Assembly (NCBI GenBank): GCA_013216135.1
Contig: JABSOS010000005.1
Coordinates: forward strand, 140,682-204,681
Reading direction: 5' to 3'
Source of the DNA: Candidatus Caenarcanales bacterium
GTDB taxonomy: Bacteria; Cyanobacteriota; Vampirovibrionia; LMEP-6097
Length of the DNA stretch: 64,000 nt
The translations under genes and the position numbers were made by a program. Below, piece by piece: positions 39,313-49,333 of this stretch (position 1 is its first letter; the number at the start of each line of letters is the position of its first letter). Below the pieces are notes generated by a model, which was given only the letters and a program-made list of their open reading frames with translations, was not told the origin of the DNA and searched no databases.

Positions 39313-40365
39313 ATGTCTGAAACCTTAGAGAAAAAGTCTATTGCTGCTTCTGAAATTATTGAAGCGATAAAAAATGCTAAAACTGCTGTTGTAACAGCAC
39401 ATTTAAATCCAGATGGAGATACTTTAGGTTCTATGCTTGCTTTAGCGAAAGTCCTTGAGGACTTCGGTTTAGAAAGAGTTGATCGTGTTATGCACGATGA
39501 GGTTCCAGCTGTTTACACATTCTTCCCTGACCAAGAAAAAGTTTACTGTTCTATGCAAGATGCTGATAAAGCTCAGCTTTTAGATGAGTACGATTTAAGC
39601 TTTAGCTGTGATTGCGGTTCTATAAAACGTTTAGGTTCTGCTGGAAATATTTGGGAAAAAGCTAAGATTACAATAAATGTTGATCACCACCTTTCTAATC
39701 CCTTGTATGCAGATTTAAATTGGGTGGACGCAGAAGCAACTTGCACAGGACAAGTAGTAAAAGATATTTTAAATGATTTAAATAAATTGAATCAAAAGCA
39801 ATTAGAGATTGATAAAGATCTTGCTAGCCTTCTATACATTACTTTGCTTACAGATACTGGTGGCTTTAGACACAGTAATACTACTCCTCATGTTTTTGAG
39901 TGGGCAGCAGAACTTGTTAATCTAGGAGCTGAACCTAGCAAACTCTATAATTTATTATTTAACCAAATGCCTTATAGAACTATAAGAGTTATCGGTGATG
40001 CTTTAGACAGTGTAGAATTGGTTACGCTTGAGAATCCTACAAAGCCTCTCAGTATAGCTTACGCTACTACTTCTAGAGAGACTCTTGAGAAGCTTAATGC
40101 TAAAGATGAGGACACGGATGAAATCGTGGATCACCTAATGCGCATTAAGGATGTGGACATGTGTATTTATCTTCGTGAAGATAAGCTCGCTAACGCTAAC
40201 TATAAAGGCAGTCTTAGGAGTGCTTGTGAAGTTGATTGCTCTCAAATCGCGCTCCAACTGAATGGTGGTGGACATGCTAGAGCCGCTGGTTTTAATTGCG
40301 ATGCTACTAGCTTTGAAGATTTAAAGAGCAGAGTACTCGAGAAAATCTCTCAGGTACTGTCTTAG
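39313..40365 (+). CDS. nrnA: DHH/DHHA1 phosphoesterase (nanoRNase/pAp phosphatase)
   Basis: HLNPDGDTLGS, VDHH, TDTGGF, GGGHARAAG. Confidence 0.92.
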   Translation: MSETLEKKSIAASEIIEAIKNAKTAVVTAHLNPDGDTLGSMLALAKVLEDFGLERVDRVMHDEVPAVYTFFPDQEKVYCSMQDADKAQLLDEYDLSFSCDCGSIKRLGSAGNIWEKAKITINVDHHLSNPLYADLNWVDAEATCTGQVVKDILNDLNKLNQKQLEIDKDLASLLYITLLTDTGGFRHSNTTPHVFEWAAELVNLGAEPSKLYNLLFNQMPYRTIRVIGDALDSVELVTLENPTKPLSIAYATTSRETLEKLNAKDEDTDEIVDHLMRIKDVDMCIYLREDKLANANYKGSLRSACEVDCSQIALQLNGGGHARAAGFNCDATSFEDLKSRVLEKISQVLS

Positions 40366-40388
40366 CCTTTATCTTGCGTACCATGCCT

Positions 40389-40715
40389 TTATGAAACTAA
40401 GAATTGGATTTGATTAACAGATTCAATAATCAGCTCAGCTCTTTCACCTTCAGACATTTGGTCTAAATGAGCCCAGTTGTTAATTACCCATTCTTTTTTA
40501 TCTTCATCAATAAACTCTTCGTTCTCTTCCAAGAACTCGTCTAACGTCGCATACTCACGATGATAGTAAATCATAGCTATACTATCTGCTAGATAAGCTA
40601 TACATAAGCTATCATCTGGATGCTCATCAATTAACTCATGACAATCTACTAAGAACTTTTCTAATAATAAGTTTGAATTTAGTTTTGTATCAACAATGAA
40701 ATCTTCGTGCTTCAC
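40389..40715 (-). CDS. Small acidic hypothetical protein
   Basis: 108 aa; GTG start after G-rich SD; upstream direct-repeat box and TATAAT. Confidence 0.7.
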   Translation of the reverse strand: MKHEDFIVDTKLNSNLLLEKFLVDCHELIDEHPDDSLCIAYLADSIAMIYYHREYATLDEFLEENEEFIDEDKKEWVINNWAHLDQMSEGERAELIIESVNQIQFLVS

Positions 40716-40794
40716 TTGTTTACCCCCCTATTTTTAATTTACAGACATTATATTTACGGTCTAGGTTAAGAGGTGGATAAGAAAGCTATTTTTT

Positions 40795-42168
40795 TTAGAT
40801 AATTTGTTCTAGACTAGAAGAACTAGTATTTACGAGGATGGCTTTTTCGGCTTCTAAAGCCTCTTCTTTCTTTGAGTAATAATTTTTGATAAGAATTTTT
40901 TTTATTTTACTTGCTTTTTCTTTCTCTACTATTGCAAGATTATTGCCACCTAAGCCAGCTCCCATAATAGAACAGGCATGAACACCATCTATATTTAAGG
41001 CTATTTCAGCAAGTTCATCATTTACAGCAGTACTTGCTCTATAAGCACCTATGTGTTCACTTAACTTCTTCGTTAAGTCTATAGTTTCCTGAGTTTTCAT
41101 CCTTTCTTTACTTATATTTTCGGCAAAATGTGAAAGATTAATATGGCTGTATAATTTATTTTCTGAGAAATTTTCTTTAAGCTCTTTTAACCTCGCTCCT
41201 TCAGCAAGTGCATAAAGACTTAAATGTTTTAGTTTTTCATCTTCTATGGTGCCTATTAACTCTAAAAGTTCTTTATCGTTATAAATATATAAAAGATCAC
41301 CTAGGTGAAAGTTTTCTTTTTCTGAGAGATTTTCTGTGATTTCAGCTTTATTTTTCAATAACTTAAACCAATATTCATTTAAAGATGAGTACTTTTCAAA
41401 GTATTTAGGCGTGCTTCTATATTCTTTACTGGTTTTCTCTGCTTTGATAAAGCTAGGAAGAATCATAAAAGCTAAGTGATTAGGTATATCAATGTAGCTG
41501 TAGCTTAACTTTGGATAGAGTTTTACAAAGCAAAATTTATCTTTTTGTGAGAGCAGCTGTGCTGCTTGGTCACCTAAACCTGATTTGAAGCCTTTGGAGT
41601 GCTCTATTTTCTGACATAGTTTGAGAATTTCAAGACTTTCTGTTTTTGATTTAGGGGTTTGAATTTTGTTTAATATACTCTCGATTTTTAATGAAATACT
41701 TAAACTTAGCATCGAGGAGAGTATTAAGGCGTGAGAAGAACTCATTCCACCAGCTGCTGGGAGATTATTGTTAAAACCTATGTACAATTCTGCTATTTTT
41801 TGAAAAGATTCAGGAGAAGCTAAAAGAAGTTCATTTAGTAGTTTTAAAACATAGTAAAACCATTCAGATTTATATTCATCTATCTGAGGTTCATTTTTAG
41901 AATAGTTTTTACTTAAATTTAATTCAAAATCCTTAAAATCTGAATTTAGGTTGAATATTGTTATATTAAAAGTTTCAAGATTGTTTTCTGAAAGTGTCGC
42001 GGCTGAAGCCGCGTAAATATTATAGTTAGCAGCAATATAAAGTAAATCATTATTTACATAATCACAGTGTTTGCTGAAGCTAATTCTTCCAGGACATTTA
42101 ACTAAATTAAAGTTAGCTTTGCCTTGAAATATTTTGTGATTTTTTAAAGAGTCAATTAGTGAGGACAC
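40795..42168 (-). CDS. galK: Galactokinase-like GHMP kinase
   Basis: CPGRISFSKHCDY, PAAGGMSSS, GLGDQ, MGAGLGG. Confidence 0.75.
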   Translation of the reverse strand: MSSLIDSLKNHKIFQGKANFNLVKCPGRISFSKHCDYVNNDLLYIAANYNIYAASAATLSENNLETFNITIFNLNSDFKDFELNLSKNYSKNEPQIDEYKSEWFYYVLKLLNELLLASPESFQKIAELYIGFNNNLPAAGGMSSSHALILSSMLSLSISLKIESILNKIQTPKSKTESLEILKLCQKIEHSKGFKSGLGDQAAQLLSQKDKFCFVKLYPKLSYSYIDIPNHLAFMILPSFIKAEKTSKEYRSTPKYFEKYSSLNEYWFKLLKNKAEITENLSEKENFHLGDLLYIYNDKELLELIGTIEDEKLKHLSLYALAEGARLKELKENFSENKLYSHINLSHFAENISKERMKTQETIDLTKKLSEHIGAYRASTAVNDELAEIALNIDGVHACSIMGAGLGGNNLAIVEKEKASKIKKILIKNYYSKKEEALEAEKAILVNTSSSSLEQII

Positions 42169-42393
42169 TTACTTTACTGGAGGTAATTCAGTTTGACCAG
42201 TCTGGATTTTGATCGCCTCAATCAAATCATTAGGTTCTATGTAACCTTCCTCAAGAAGGATTCTTCCGATAGGAAACTTTTCTGCTGGGTCTTGATCTGC
42301 TTGAAGCGCAAGGGCTTTGTTTAGCTTCTCGTCATCAAGTACGCCAAGCCTAATTAAAATTTCACCTAATTTATAACGTTGCCCAGAACTCAT
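42169..42393 (-). CDS. Stand-alone MshEN-like (T2SSE_N) protein
   Basis: KLGEILIRLGVL....L..AL..Q followed by PIGRILLEEGYI....L..AI..Q. Confidence 0.75.
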   Translation of the reverse strand: MSSGQRYKLGEILIRLGVLDDEKLNKALALQADQDPAEKFPIGRILLEEGYIEPNDLIEAIKIQTGQTELPPVK

Positions 42394-42516
42394 GTTAGTT
42401 AAATATTCTAGCAGGCTTTTTATGGCTAACTCAAGTTTGCTGAATCACAGTTTTAATCAAACCTTAATATTATTTTGATATATGTATAGCTGTAAGGTTT
42501 CAGAGGTACAGGTGCG

Positions 42517-44283
42517 ATGAGTATAGACATAAATACTTTAGGTAGATTTGATTTAAATAATGACGGAAAGTTAGATTCCGCAGAAAGGTCAGCATATGAT
42601 ACTTATGCTGATGAAGAGGCTTTAACTACGATTAAAGACAATATCACTGGAATTAAGGGTGATTTGGATTTAGCTTTAGTCGATCAGTTAGATATTAATG
42701 GCGATGGTGAACTTGGTAGAAGTGAAAGCCAGTCACTCAGTGCTTATAATCAACAAAATAATCAGATAAATTCTTCTAATTTTACCCCGAGTCCATTTGA
42801 GATGGATGCTGGTCTTGCTAATGATATGGTGGATGATTTAGGTGAGAATGTAAATAAATCAAATATTGCTTTTATAACTTTAGTAAAAGAATTTGGTTCA
42901 GAAGATATGGCTAGAGCCATTCAAGAAAACGCTGACACAAAATATGATGGCGACTCAATGAGCATGGAGTTTAACGTTGATGGTATAGATTTTACTTTAA
43001 ATACTCATTATGACTAGCAAAATGGTTCAATTGGTTCAGTTTTATCGAGTAGTGAGGATAATACATCGTCTTCTGGGATTCATTATCATGAAAATCATGG
43101 TGCTGTTCTCGTTGATTTAGAAAACAATCAAGTCACAAGTGGTACCTATGTCGATGGCACTGATTTTACTAGAACTGATATATCTGAAGATGGTCAAAGT
43201 TATACGGAGACGTCACGTCATGGAACTTCTAATGTCGTAGATGGTTTAGTTACTAGTGGAACTTATGCAGATGGAACTGACTTTACCAGGTCTCATGAAA
43301 CTGATGATAATTTAAATTACACAGATTCATTCGAGAATGGTGATTTCACAACTGTTGAAAACGGTGTAGTTACCGGTGGCTCTTATGGAGGGCAAACTTA
43401 CTCTAGGACTAATATTACTGACAATAATAACTATTCTCAAACAAATCAGGATGGTACTTTTGTGAATGTTGAAGATGGTTTAGTTAGAGATGGAAACTAT
43501 GCTAACGGCATAGAATTCACTAGATCATATGGCTCTGAAGAAGATGGTGACACTTATACAGATACATATAACAATGGTGATTTCGTCAACTTTGAAAATG
43601 GAGTTGTAGTAGGTGGTTCACACAATGGAGTTGCTTATACTAGAACTGATATTATCGATGGTGCAAACTACTCACAAAGAAGTGAAGACGGTACTTTTGT
43701 GAAAGTTGAAGACGGTAAGATTACTAGTGGAGTTTATAACAATGGTACTAATTTCACAAGAACATATTCTGCTGATAATACTACCTATACAGATACTTAT
43801 GATGATGGTACTACCTATTCAGCTCCTAATCCAGGTGCAAATGTTGCTGAGATCAATGGGACTACAGGTGCTAATCAAACAGTTGGGTCTTCAGATATTA
43901 ATGCTGACATCAATACACTAGGTAATATGAACAATGAATTAAATGAATTCATTTTAATGGATACTGATCTTGCAAGAGCTTCTGAGGCTGATTTACAAGT
44001 GGATAGGGCTATTCTGATGGATGAAATTCTTCAATCAGATTCACTTGATGGTATTGATAGACCGAATTTAATTACTCAAAAAGTTACAAGTGAGAACCTT
44101 GTGAATTTAAATGAGGCAACCTTAGTTGACCTTGAAAATCAGATGGGAGAATTCCTTGCTTTAGATACAGATTTAGCTAGAGCATCTGCGGCTGATACTA
44201 GGGTTCAAATCTCTACGACTAAGCAGCTTATTGATTTCCACAGATCTAATGTAGAATTCTATGATACTTTACTGAATTCATAA
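42517..44283 (+). CDS. EF-hand-like, ~35-aa beta-repeat and 'DTDLARAS'-domain protein, interrupted by one in-frame TAG (43015-43017)
   Basis: Track ORFs 42517..43017 and 43462..44283 share a frame; the gap translates without stops and carries the same repeats. Confidence 0.8.
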
Positions 44284-44335
44284 CTAATTTTTAACTCCTG
44301 AATGGTATCAAGTAATGTGGTGTGAGATTTGAGAG

Positions 44336-46027
44336 ATGGCAATGAATAATAATTTTGCAGAAAACAGTCTAGTTAATTTAATCGAAAATAATTTATCTAG
44401 GAAAGGTGTAAAAAGCAATTCAGAAGATATAGATCATGTGCTAGAAAGAGCTGCGCAGGAAAATTCTAATATAGCTGCTATAGATTTAGAAGAAGTTGGT
44501 TCCCGTATCAGTACTTTAAGAGATAACCTTGGGAATACTGGTAATTCTAATAGTGATGTTATAAACACTGCTAATTTAAATGATGATATTGCATCGCTTG
44601 GCGGGGACGACACTATAAACTCTGGTAATGGTGATGATCTGATCCTATCTGGAGTTGGGGATGATCTAATCAATTCAGGTAATGGTAACGATATCCTAGA
44701 TGGAGGTTCAGGAGATGACACTCTTAATGGTGGAAATGGCAACGATAGAATCTTAGGTGGTGCTGGAGACGATTTAATTAATGGCGGTAATGGTGATGAT
44801 ACTGTGCATGGTGGTCTTGGAGATGATGAAATAAATGGTGGAAACGGTAATGATTATTTAAGTGGAGGTGCTGGTAACGATATTTTAGATGGTGGTAATG
44901 GTGATGACTTTTTAGTTGCTGGAACTGGAAGCAATACCGTTATCGGTGGTAATGGCAATGACACTGTGATTTTTGAAATGTCATCTGATAGCTTCAATAT
45001 AGATTATGATGATTCTGGAAATATTGTTATTACAGATGCTTCTGATAATAATAATTCTACTACTGTAAGTGGTGTTGAGAATTTTATCTTTTTATCTGAT
45101 GATGGTGAAGAAGTATTGTCAAAAGAAGAGCTAATCGAATTTATTGATAATGTTGGTGCTACTCAGGGAAATCAAGCCAATGGTCCAGCTAATGATAATG
45201 TGGATAATAGCTCTATTAATGAAGATCTTAGTACATTTGATACTATTAATAATCAAATATTACAGTTTATGTCTTTAGATACTGACCTTGCTAGGGCTTC
45301 TGAAGCAGATCTGCAAGTAGAAAGAGCTATATTAATGGATGAGATACTTCAATCTGATAACCTTGGTGATATAAATATGCCTGCTTTGTTGACTCAAAGA
45401 GTATCAAGTGTCAGCTCGGTGGAGATGAATGAATTATTATTAGCTGATCTTCAGGGGCAGTTGGTCGAATTCTTAGCCATGGACGGTGACCTTGCTAGAG
45501 CTGCTACTTCAGAAATATCAAGTCAAATTGCTGCAACTCAACAGATAATTGATTTCCAAAATTCTAATGTAGAGTTTTTCGATGACGTAATTGCTGGAAG
45601 AGATGTTAATAACGATAACAATAATAATGAAAATGAGAATATAAATGAGGACATCAATTCTTTGGATAATATTAACGACCAAATATCTCAGTTTATGTCT
45701 TTAGATACTGATCTTGCTAGAGCCTCTGCGGCTGATTTGCAAATTGATAGAGCTATTCTAATGGATGAAATACTTCAATCAGGTTCATTTGATGATATTG
45801 ACAGACCTAATCTAATTACTCAAAAAGTTGAAAGTGAAAATTTTGTGAACTTAAATGAGGCAACCTTAGTTGATCTTGAAAACCAGATGGGAGAATTCCT
45901 TGCATTAGATACTGATTTAGCAAGGGCTTCAGCTGCTGATGTAAGAGTTCAAATAACCCTAACTAACCAATTAATCGACTTCCACAGTTCTAATGTAGAA
46001 TTCTATGATACTTTATTAAATTCGTAA
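44336..46027 (+). CDS. RTX-type Ca-binding repeat protein with two C-terminal 'DTDLARAS' domains
   Basis: Many GGxGxDx(L/I) nonapeptides, SGVENFIF cap, duplicated ~129-aa C-terminal domain. Confidence 0.85.
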   Translation: MAMNNNFAENSLVNLIENNLSRKGVKSNSEDIDHVLERAAQENSNIAAIDLEEVGSRISTLRDNLGNTGNSNSDVINTANLNDDIASLGGDDTINSGNGDDLILSGVGDDLINSGNGNDILDGGSGDDTLNGGNGNDRILGGAGDDLINGGNGDDTVHGGLGDDEINGGNGNDYLSGGAGNDILDGGNGDDFLVAGTGSNTVIGGNGNDTVIFEMSSDSFNIDYDDSGNIVITDASDNNNSTTVSGVENFIFLSDDGEEVLSKEELIEFIDNVGATQGNQANGPANDNVDNSSINEDLSTFDTINNQILQFMSLDTDLARASEADLQVERAILMDEILQSDNLGDINMPALLTQRVSSVSSVEMNELLLADLQGQLVEFLAMDGDLARAATSEISSQIAATQQIIDFQNSNVEFFDDVIAGRDVNNDNNNNENENINEDINSLDNINDQISQFMSLDTDLARASAADLQIDRAILMDEILQSGSFDDIDRPNLITQKVESENFVNLNEATLVDLENQMGEFLALDTDLARASAADVRVQITLTNQLIDFHSSNVEFYDTLLNS

Positions 46028-46037
46028 TGAAAAATTT

Positions 46038-46128
46038 TATGCTGCGAAGACACCTGAAAGTTTGAACTTATGGCTGCTTGATTTCTCATCTGACCAGATT
46101 CGTCCGCTTTCACCGCCTTCGCAGCAAA
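46038..46128 (-). ncRNA. ffs: Small SRP RNA (4.5S)
   Basis: Minus strand reads GCTGCGAAG...TGGTCAGATGA-GAAA-TCAAGCAGCCA...CTTCGCAGC: helix-8 GNRA loop, AGCAG motif and closing stem; TATAAT just upstream. Confidence 0.85.
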
Positions 46129-46133
46129 ACCTA

Positions 46134-46460
46134 TTATAACTTATATGGATCTACTTCTTCTTTAACTTTAGCAGTTTGTGAAATGATAGTTATCTTATTT
46201 GGACTTGCTTCAAGAACACCTTCAGAAAGAGTGTATTTAATATCTTCTTTTGACTCATCTAAAAAGCTTACTTTCATAGTACCAGGTTTGATATCTGACT
46301 TGATTTCAGCGTGATTCGGGAGAATAGTAAGTCCACCAAGTGACGTGTGAACTTTTATTTTCGTAACTTTATTAGCAACCAAAATACCTTCTTGGGTTAC
46401 TAATTCAAATTCTAGAAATTTATTATCAAGTTTTATCACGTTAATCCATAAGGATAGCAC
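46134..46460 (-). CDS. atpC: F1F0 ATP synthase epsilon subunit, short form, stand-alone (start uncertain)
   Basis: LEFELVTQEG, GGLTILPNHA, IKPG, GVLEASPNKITII. Confidence 0.85.
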   Translation of the reverse strand: MLSLWINVIKLDNKFLEFELVTQEGILVANKVTKIKVHTSLGGLTILPNHAEIKSDIKPGTMKVSFLDESKEDIKYTLSEGVLEASPNKITIISQTAKVKEEVDPYKL

Positions 46461-46489
46461 AATCTTGGTTTAATATTAATTAAAGGAAG

Positions 46490-49333
46490 ATGGCTTTTAA
46501 ATCATACAAAAATGTGGAATATACTGTTAGTAGTAGCAAGAAAAATATTGATAAGAAATTAATACTTAAATTTCTTGCGATAATCATATATATTATTGTT
46601 AGTACTAATATGGCATTTATTAAAAGCAAGCCAAAATCTGAATTTGTAAAAAGCTCGCATGGTTTAGACGAGTATAAGCTTAGTAATGGTCTAAAAGTCT
46701 TACTGAAGCAAGATGTTAATGCACCACTGATTAGTTTCCAGGTATGGTATCGAGTTGGTAGCCGTAATGAACTTGGTAATGAAACAGGAATTGCTCACTA
46801 TCTCGAACATATGATGTTCAAAGGAACTGAGAATTTTAAGAAGGGTGAAATTGCTCAAGCTATTCAGCTTAAAGGTGGAATCTTCAACGCTTTTACTAGT
46901 TACGATTACACTGCTTATTATGAAAATTTTGCTCCTGAGAATTTAGAATTAGCTATTAAAATCGAGTCAGATAGAATGAGAAATTCTCGTTTGTCTCAAG
47001 AAGAAATTGATTTAGAGAGAAGTGTAATTATCTCTGAGCTTGAAGGTGGTGAAAATTACCCTACAACTCTTCTAGGAAAACAACTTAGAGCGACAGCTTT
47101 CCAGAAACATCCTTACCATAACCCGATTATTGGGTGGAAGAATGATCTTTATAACATCAATGAGAAGGTTATGAAAGAGTTTTACGATAAATATTATGCT
47201 CCTAATAATTCTTTCATTATGCTTGCAGGAAACTTTGATAAAGACTTAGCTTTAGATTTAATTGATAAGTATTTTGGTCACTATGAAGCAAATGAAGCTG
47301 CTCATCATGAAATCGCAGAGGAACCAAAGCAGCAAGAATCTAGGAAAACTACATTATATTATCCAGGACAGATGCAGCTTTTATCTATCGCTTTTCATAT
47401 ACCTGAGTTTGCTCACCCAGATGTTAAGGCTTTAAATATAATTGATGAGATTTTATTTAACGGTACGACATCCAGGCTGTATAAAAAGCTTGTAGACACT
47501 GGGCTTGCAGTTGATGTTAATGGTTATGCAGAATCTAACCGTGATCCAGCTCTTTATAAAATAGTTATTAATCTTAGTCCAGAAGCTGATGTTGATCAGA
47601 TAGAAAAAATCGTTGATGCAGAGCTTGAAGATATAAAGACTAATATCTCCAAGGAAGAACTTGCTATAGCAAGAGCAAGAGTTGAGTCTTCTGAAATCTA
47701 CCAAAAAGATGGAGTCTATGATGAAGCCCTTCAAATTGCTTACTTTGAAGTGATTACTGGTGATTGGGAAAAATATTTTACTTGGTATGAAGAGTTAAAG
47801 AAAATTAAAGCAAGTGATATTAAAAAAATTGCAAAGAAATATTTTACACCGAGCAACAAAACAGTTGCTGTGCTCCTTCCAGAGAAGGCAAGCGATAGCT
47901 TGATTGCAGTTAAGCCTACTGAAAGTAAGTCGCCTAAAGGTGATAAGCAATTTTATGGATCAGCTGTTGTGGAGCCTCTAGATGGTGCTAAGCTTGAAAG
48001 GCTTTTAGAGATTACAGCTCCTAAATATTCTAAAGGGAAAATCGATACAAAGTTTGAACTTGGTTTAAAAGAGCTGAAGCTTGATAAGTATCCTAAAACT
48101 CGCTTGGTATATAAGAAGGATGATTCTTTACCTTTGGTTTTCATCAAAATGTCCCTTTTTGCTGGATCTAATTTAGACGGAGACAAACCTGGTTTAGCTT
48201 ACATGGTAAGTGAGATGCTGGATAGAGGAACTAAGTCTAAGGATAAATTTGAAATAGCTGAAATACTTGAGCTTTTAGGTGCTGAAATAGAATTTGAGAC
48301 TGGAAGAGAAACTACTAGTGTTGAAATTTCTTCAATAAAGAAAAACCTAAATAAGGTTATGAGCTTATTTGAAGAGATTATTTCTGAGCCTGCTTTTTCT
48401 TCAGCAGAGTTAACAAAACTTAAGAAGGAATTGATTGAGACTGTTAAACAACAAGATGAATATCCTAGTGGTCTTGCTAAGCGTGAGCTTTTGAAAATGA
48501 TCTATCCTAAAGGACACGTTTTTTATTCATACAGTTCAGTTGAGAAAGTTAAGGCTATCGAGTCTGTGACTATAAAAGACATTGAAGATTTTTATCAAAG
48601 TCACTATGCTATTGAATCATTGAATCTTTCAGCTGTAGGTGATTTGAGTGAAGCTGAAGCTAAGTCCTTAACAACTAAGTATTTGTCTACATGGGATAAG
48701 AATATTGAGGTTATAAAACCTAGTGCTAAAAAAGTTAGTTTAAAAGAACCTAAGAAAAAGCATATTGTAAAAGAAGCTAAACAGCAGTCAGAGGCTTTTA
48801 TTGGACACATAGGTGAGATTTCAAGAAATGACCCTGATTTCTATCCTTTATTTATTGCAAACTTTGCACTTGGTGGTAGCCCACTTTCCTCTAAGTTAGG
48901 AACTAAAGTAAGAGATGAAAATGGTTTAGTTTATAATATTAGATCTTCTTTTTCAGCAGGAGTTACTCCTGGACCGTTTTATATTACTTTAGGAGCTAAT
49001 CCTGAAAATGTTGAGAAGGCTATTGATCTTGCAAAAGAAGCTGTATCAGAATTCCTTAAAACTGGAATTACAGAAACAGAGCTTGAAGCTACTAAATCTT
49101 TCTTAACAGGATCTTTTGCTGTTAGAAATCTTTCAAGTAATGATGATATTGCAGAAGTTGCTAAGCAAATTTTAGTCTATGACTTAGCTTTAGATTACCC
49201 TGAAAATTATTCTGAGATTATCAACTCGATAACTTTAGAACAGGTAAATGCAGCTGCTAGAAAATATATTCACCCAGAAAAGCTTTCTGTAGTTATAGTT
49301 GGTCCTCAATTTGACAAGAAAGCTCAGAAATAA
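46490..49333 (+). CDS. M16 family zinc protease (two-module; alternative start ATG 46610)
   Basis: YRVGSRNE, GIAHYLEHMMFKGT (HxxEH), NAFTSYD, C-terminal VRDENGLVY. Confidence 0.92.
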   Translation: MAFKSYKNVEYTVSSSKKNIDKKLILKFLAIIIYIIVSTNMAFIKSKPKSEFVKSSHGLDEYKLSNGLKVLLKQDVNAPLISFQVWYRVGSRNELGNETGIAHYLEHMMFKGTENFKKGEIAQAIQLKGGIFNAFTSYDYTAYYENFAPENLELAIKIESDRMRNSRLSQEEIDLERSVIISELEGGENYPTTLLGKQLRATAFQKHPYHNPIIGWKNDLYNINEKVMKEFYDKYYAPNNSFIMLAGNFDKDLALDLIDKYFGHYEANEAAHHEIAEEPKQQESRKTTLYYPGQMQLLSIAFHIPEFAHPDVKALNIIDEILFNGTTSRLYKKLVDTGLAVDVNGYAESNRDPALYKIVINLSPEADVDQIEKIVDAELEDIKTNISKEELAIARARVESSEIYQKDGVYDEALQIAYFEVITGDWEKYFTWYEELKKIKASDIKKIAKKYFTPSNKTVAVLLPEKASDSLIAVKPTESKSPKGDKQFYGSAVVEPLDGAKLERLLEITAPKYSKGKIDTKFELGLKELKLDKYPKTRLVYKKDDSLPLVFIKMSLFAGSNLDGDKPGLAYMVSEMLDRGTKSKDKFEIAEILELLGAEIEFETGRETTSVEISSIKKNLNKVMSLFEEIISEPAFSSAELTKLKKELIETVKQQDEYPSGLAKRELLKMIYPKGHVFYSYSSVEKVKAIESVTIKDIEDFYQSHYAIESLNLSAVGDLSEAEAKSLTTKYLSTWDKNIEVIKPSAKKVSLKEPKKKHIVKEAKQQSEAFIGHIGEISRNDPDFYPLFIANFALGGSPLSSKLGTKVRDENGLVYNIRSSFSAGVTPGPFYITLGANPENVEKAIDLAKEAVSEFLKTGITETELEATKSFLTGSFAVRNLSSNDDIAEVAKQILVYDLALDYPENYSEIINSITLEQVNAAARKYIHPEKLSVVIVGPQFDKKAQK

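Noticed and set aside
43015-43017. Genome-wide stop-codon reassignment (TAG or TGA)
   Set aside because: TAG ends conserved genes at the expected positions (mfd, dnaK, nrnA, sufE). TGA ends the 4560-6089 gene exactly where its paralog has TAA.
46078-46314. 78-aa ORF on the plus strand
   Set aside because: Antisense to SRP RNA and atpC.
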